Source: Nemertoderma westbladi (lineage: Eukaryota > Animalia > Xenacoelomorpha). From it: DNA of 39,570 bases. Of the stretch, positions 38,316 through 39,570 are shown in pieces. A model generated the notes under the pieces. It worked only from the letters and a program-made list of their open reading frames with translations, searched no databases and was not told where the DNA came from. The number at the start of each line of letters is the position of its first letter. The first letter of the stretch is position 1. The position numbers and the translations under genes were made by a program. The stretch spans positions 1 through 39,570 of the forward strand of contig JAUCBJ010001252.1 of NCBI GenBank assembly GCA_032718475.1. The letters are read 5' to 3'.

Positions 38316-39418
38316 ATGAATATTATTCAGCCTTATTGTGATTCTTGCGCTCGAACTGTAAACTTTCTCCAAGATCGTATTGAACATGCTTGCCGTGGAA
38401 TTCCTGCATGGAAGATCATAGTGATGACGTCGGCAGCTACCTACGCGGGAATGAAACTGCACAGACTGGCCACGGACAGCCACAAACCGATGTTGGTGAG
38501 ACTGAATCAATGGACGTTCAGAACAATCCGAAAACTCCCGATTATTGGAGCTAAGATAGATAAAAAAATCGACGATCAATTAGACCCGGTGAAAGAGGAT
38601 CTATTTACTATCCCAGATGGTTATTCATATATTATGAATTTACCGGAAGTTGGATGGGACAAAGAGCGAATATTCCAAGAGATGCGACATTACGATAAGA
38701 TGGAGGATATTGATTACGCGAATGGGAAGGCCTCCGGTTCGGTTTACTACTACGGGGAGGACACGCGTTCGATATACCGGGAGATTTACGGAAGTTATTC
38801 GCACGCGAACCCGCTCCACTGCGATATTTGGCCGAATGTTCGCAAAATGGAGGCGGAGTTAGTGCGGATGTGTTGCTCGCTGTTCGGCGGAGACCAATCG
38901 ACCTGCGGTAACACGACTTCCGGGGGCACCGAGTCCATATTGATGGCGATGCGAGCCTATCGCACGCGAGCGCAGCAGACGAAGGGGGTTCGCTACCCGG
39001 AGATTGTGGGTGGGGTTTCCATACACGCCGCTTTCGATAAAGCGGCTGATTACTTCCAGATGCGACTGCGTCACGTCTCTGTTGACTCGGAAACACGCAA
39101 GGTTGATGTAGCCGCTATGGAGCGAGCCATAAACCGGAACACAGCTGTTCTAGTAGCGAGCGCGCCTAGTTTCCCGCACGGCGCGTTAGATGACGTCGCA
39201 GCTGTGGCTAGACTGGGTATTAAGTACGGCATCCCGGTTCACGTAGACTGCTGTCTGGGCGGGTTTATTGTCCCGTTTATGGGCGACGCTGGGTTTCCGG
39301 TGCCCGCTTTCGACTTCCGGGTACCCGGGGTCACTTCCATCTCGGCAGACACCCACAAGTACGGCTTCAGTCCGAAAGGGACCTCGGTTATTATGTACCG
39401 GAACCGATCCTACAGGAG
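38316..39418 (+). CDS. SGPL1: Sphingosine-1-phosphate lyase, first coding exon (gene continues beyond the window)
   Basis: ATG 38316; GKASGSVY, ANPLH, TSGGTESILMA, HAAFDKAA, HVDCCLGGF, PLP-lysine motif SADTHKYG. Probable splice donor AG|GTTAGT at 39419, followed by AT-rich sequence. Confidence 0.95.
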
Positions 39419-39570
39419 GTTAGTGGTTACCCGTCTAGGGAATAATAATAGGCAGAAAGTCCCATTCTATTTATTTATTAATAACAATTATATTTCGCTT
39501 GACAGACCAAAAATTTAATGAATTTAAAGATTTGTACACAATCATCAAACATAAACGACATATTAACTTT

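Noticed and set aside
23025-39418. Sphingolipid pathway cluster (ALDH3 plus SGPL1)
   Set aside because: The enzymes act sequentially, but the ALDH3 piece is a dead, transposon-borne fragment ~15 kb away; proximity is probably coincidental.
39419-39518. C-terminal tail of the SGPL1 ORF
   Set aside because: Similarity stops and composition turns AT-rich after a GTTAGT donor, so this is intron read-through.

Overview
AT-rich, intron-poor eukaryotic DNA, probably an invertebrate animal (inference from the ubiquitin, MCAT and C20orf96-like proteins). Host genes: an atypical intronless cytochrome P450 (+), an 18-unit polyubiquitin (-), a C20orf96/DUF4618-like coiled-coil gene (-), a mitochondrial MCAT homologue lacking its catalytic Ser and His (-), and the first coding exon of sphingosine-1-phosphate lyase (+). 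There are two pseudogenes (ARF, and an ALDH3 fragment carried inside a TIR transposon). The rest is MITEs, Helentron/DINE-like repeats, LINE fragments, satellites and a ~3.4-kb tandem duplication. The most striking signal is not a gene. More than 25 small insertions of the form [5-mer]-CAG/CTG/CA-[same 5-mer] occur in the window, about 12 of them in 600 bp of the ALDH3 fragment, where removing them restores the reading frame in several blocks. They match a 3.3-kb element in the window (13069-16355) with CAGTAG...CTACTG ends and a 5-bp target-site duplication (TSD). This suggests a very active cut-and-paste family that leaves mostly 8-bp excision scars. All calls were made by eye; no searches were run.
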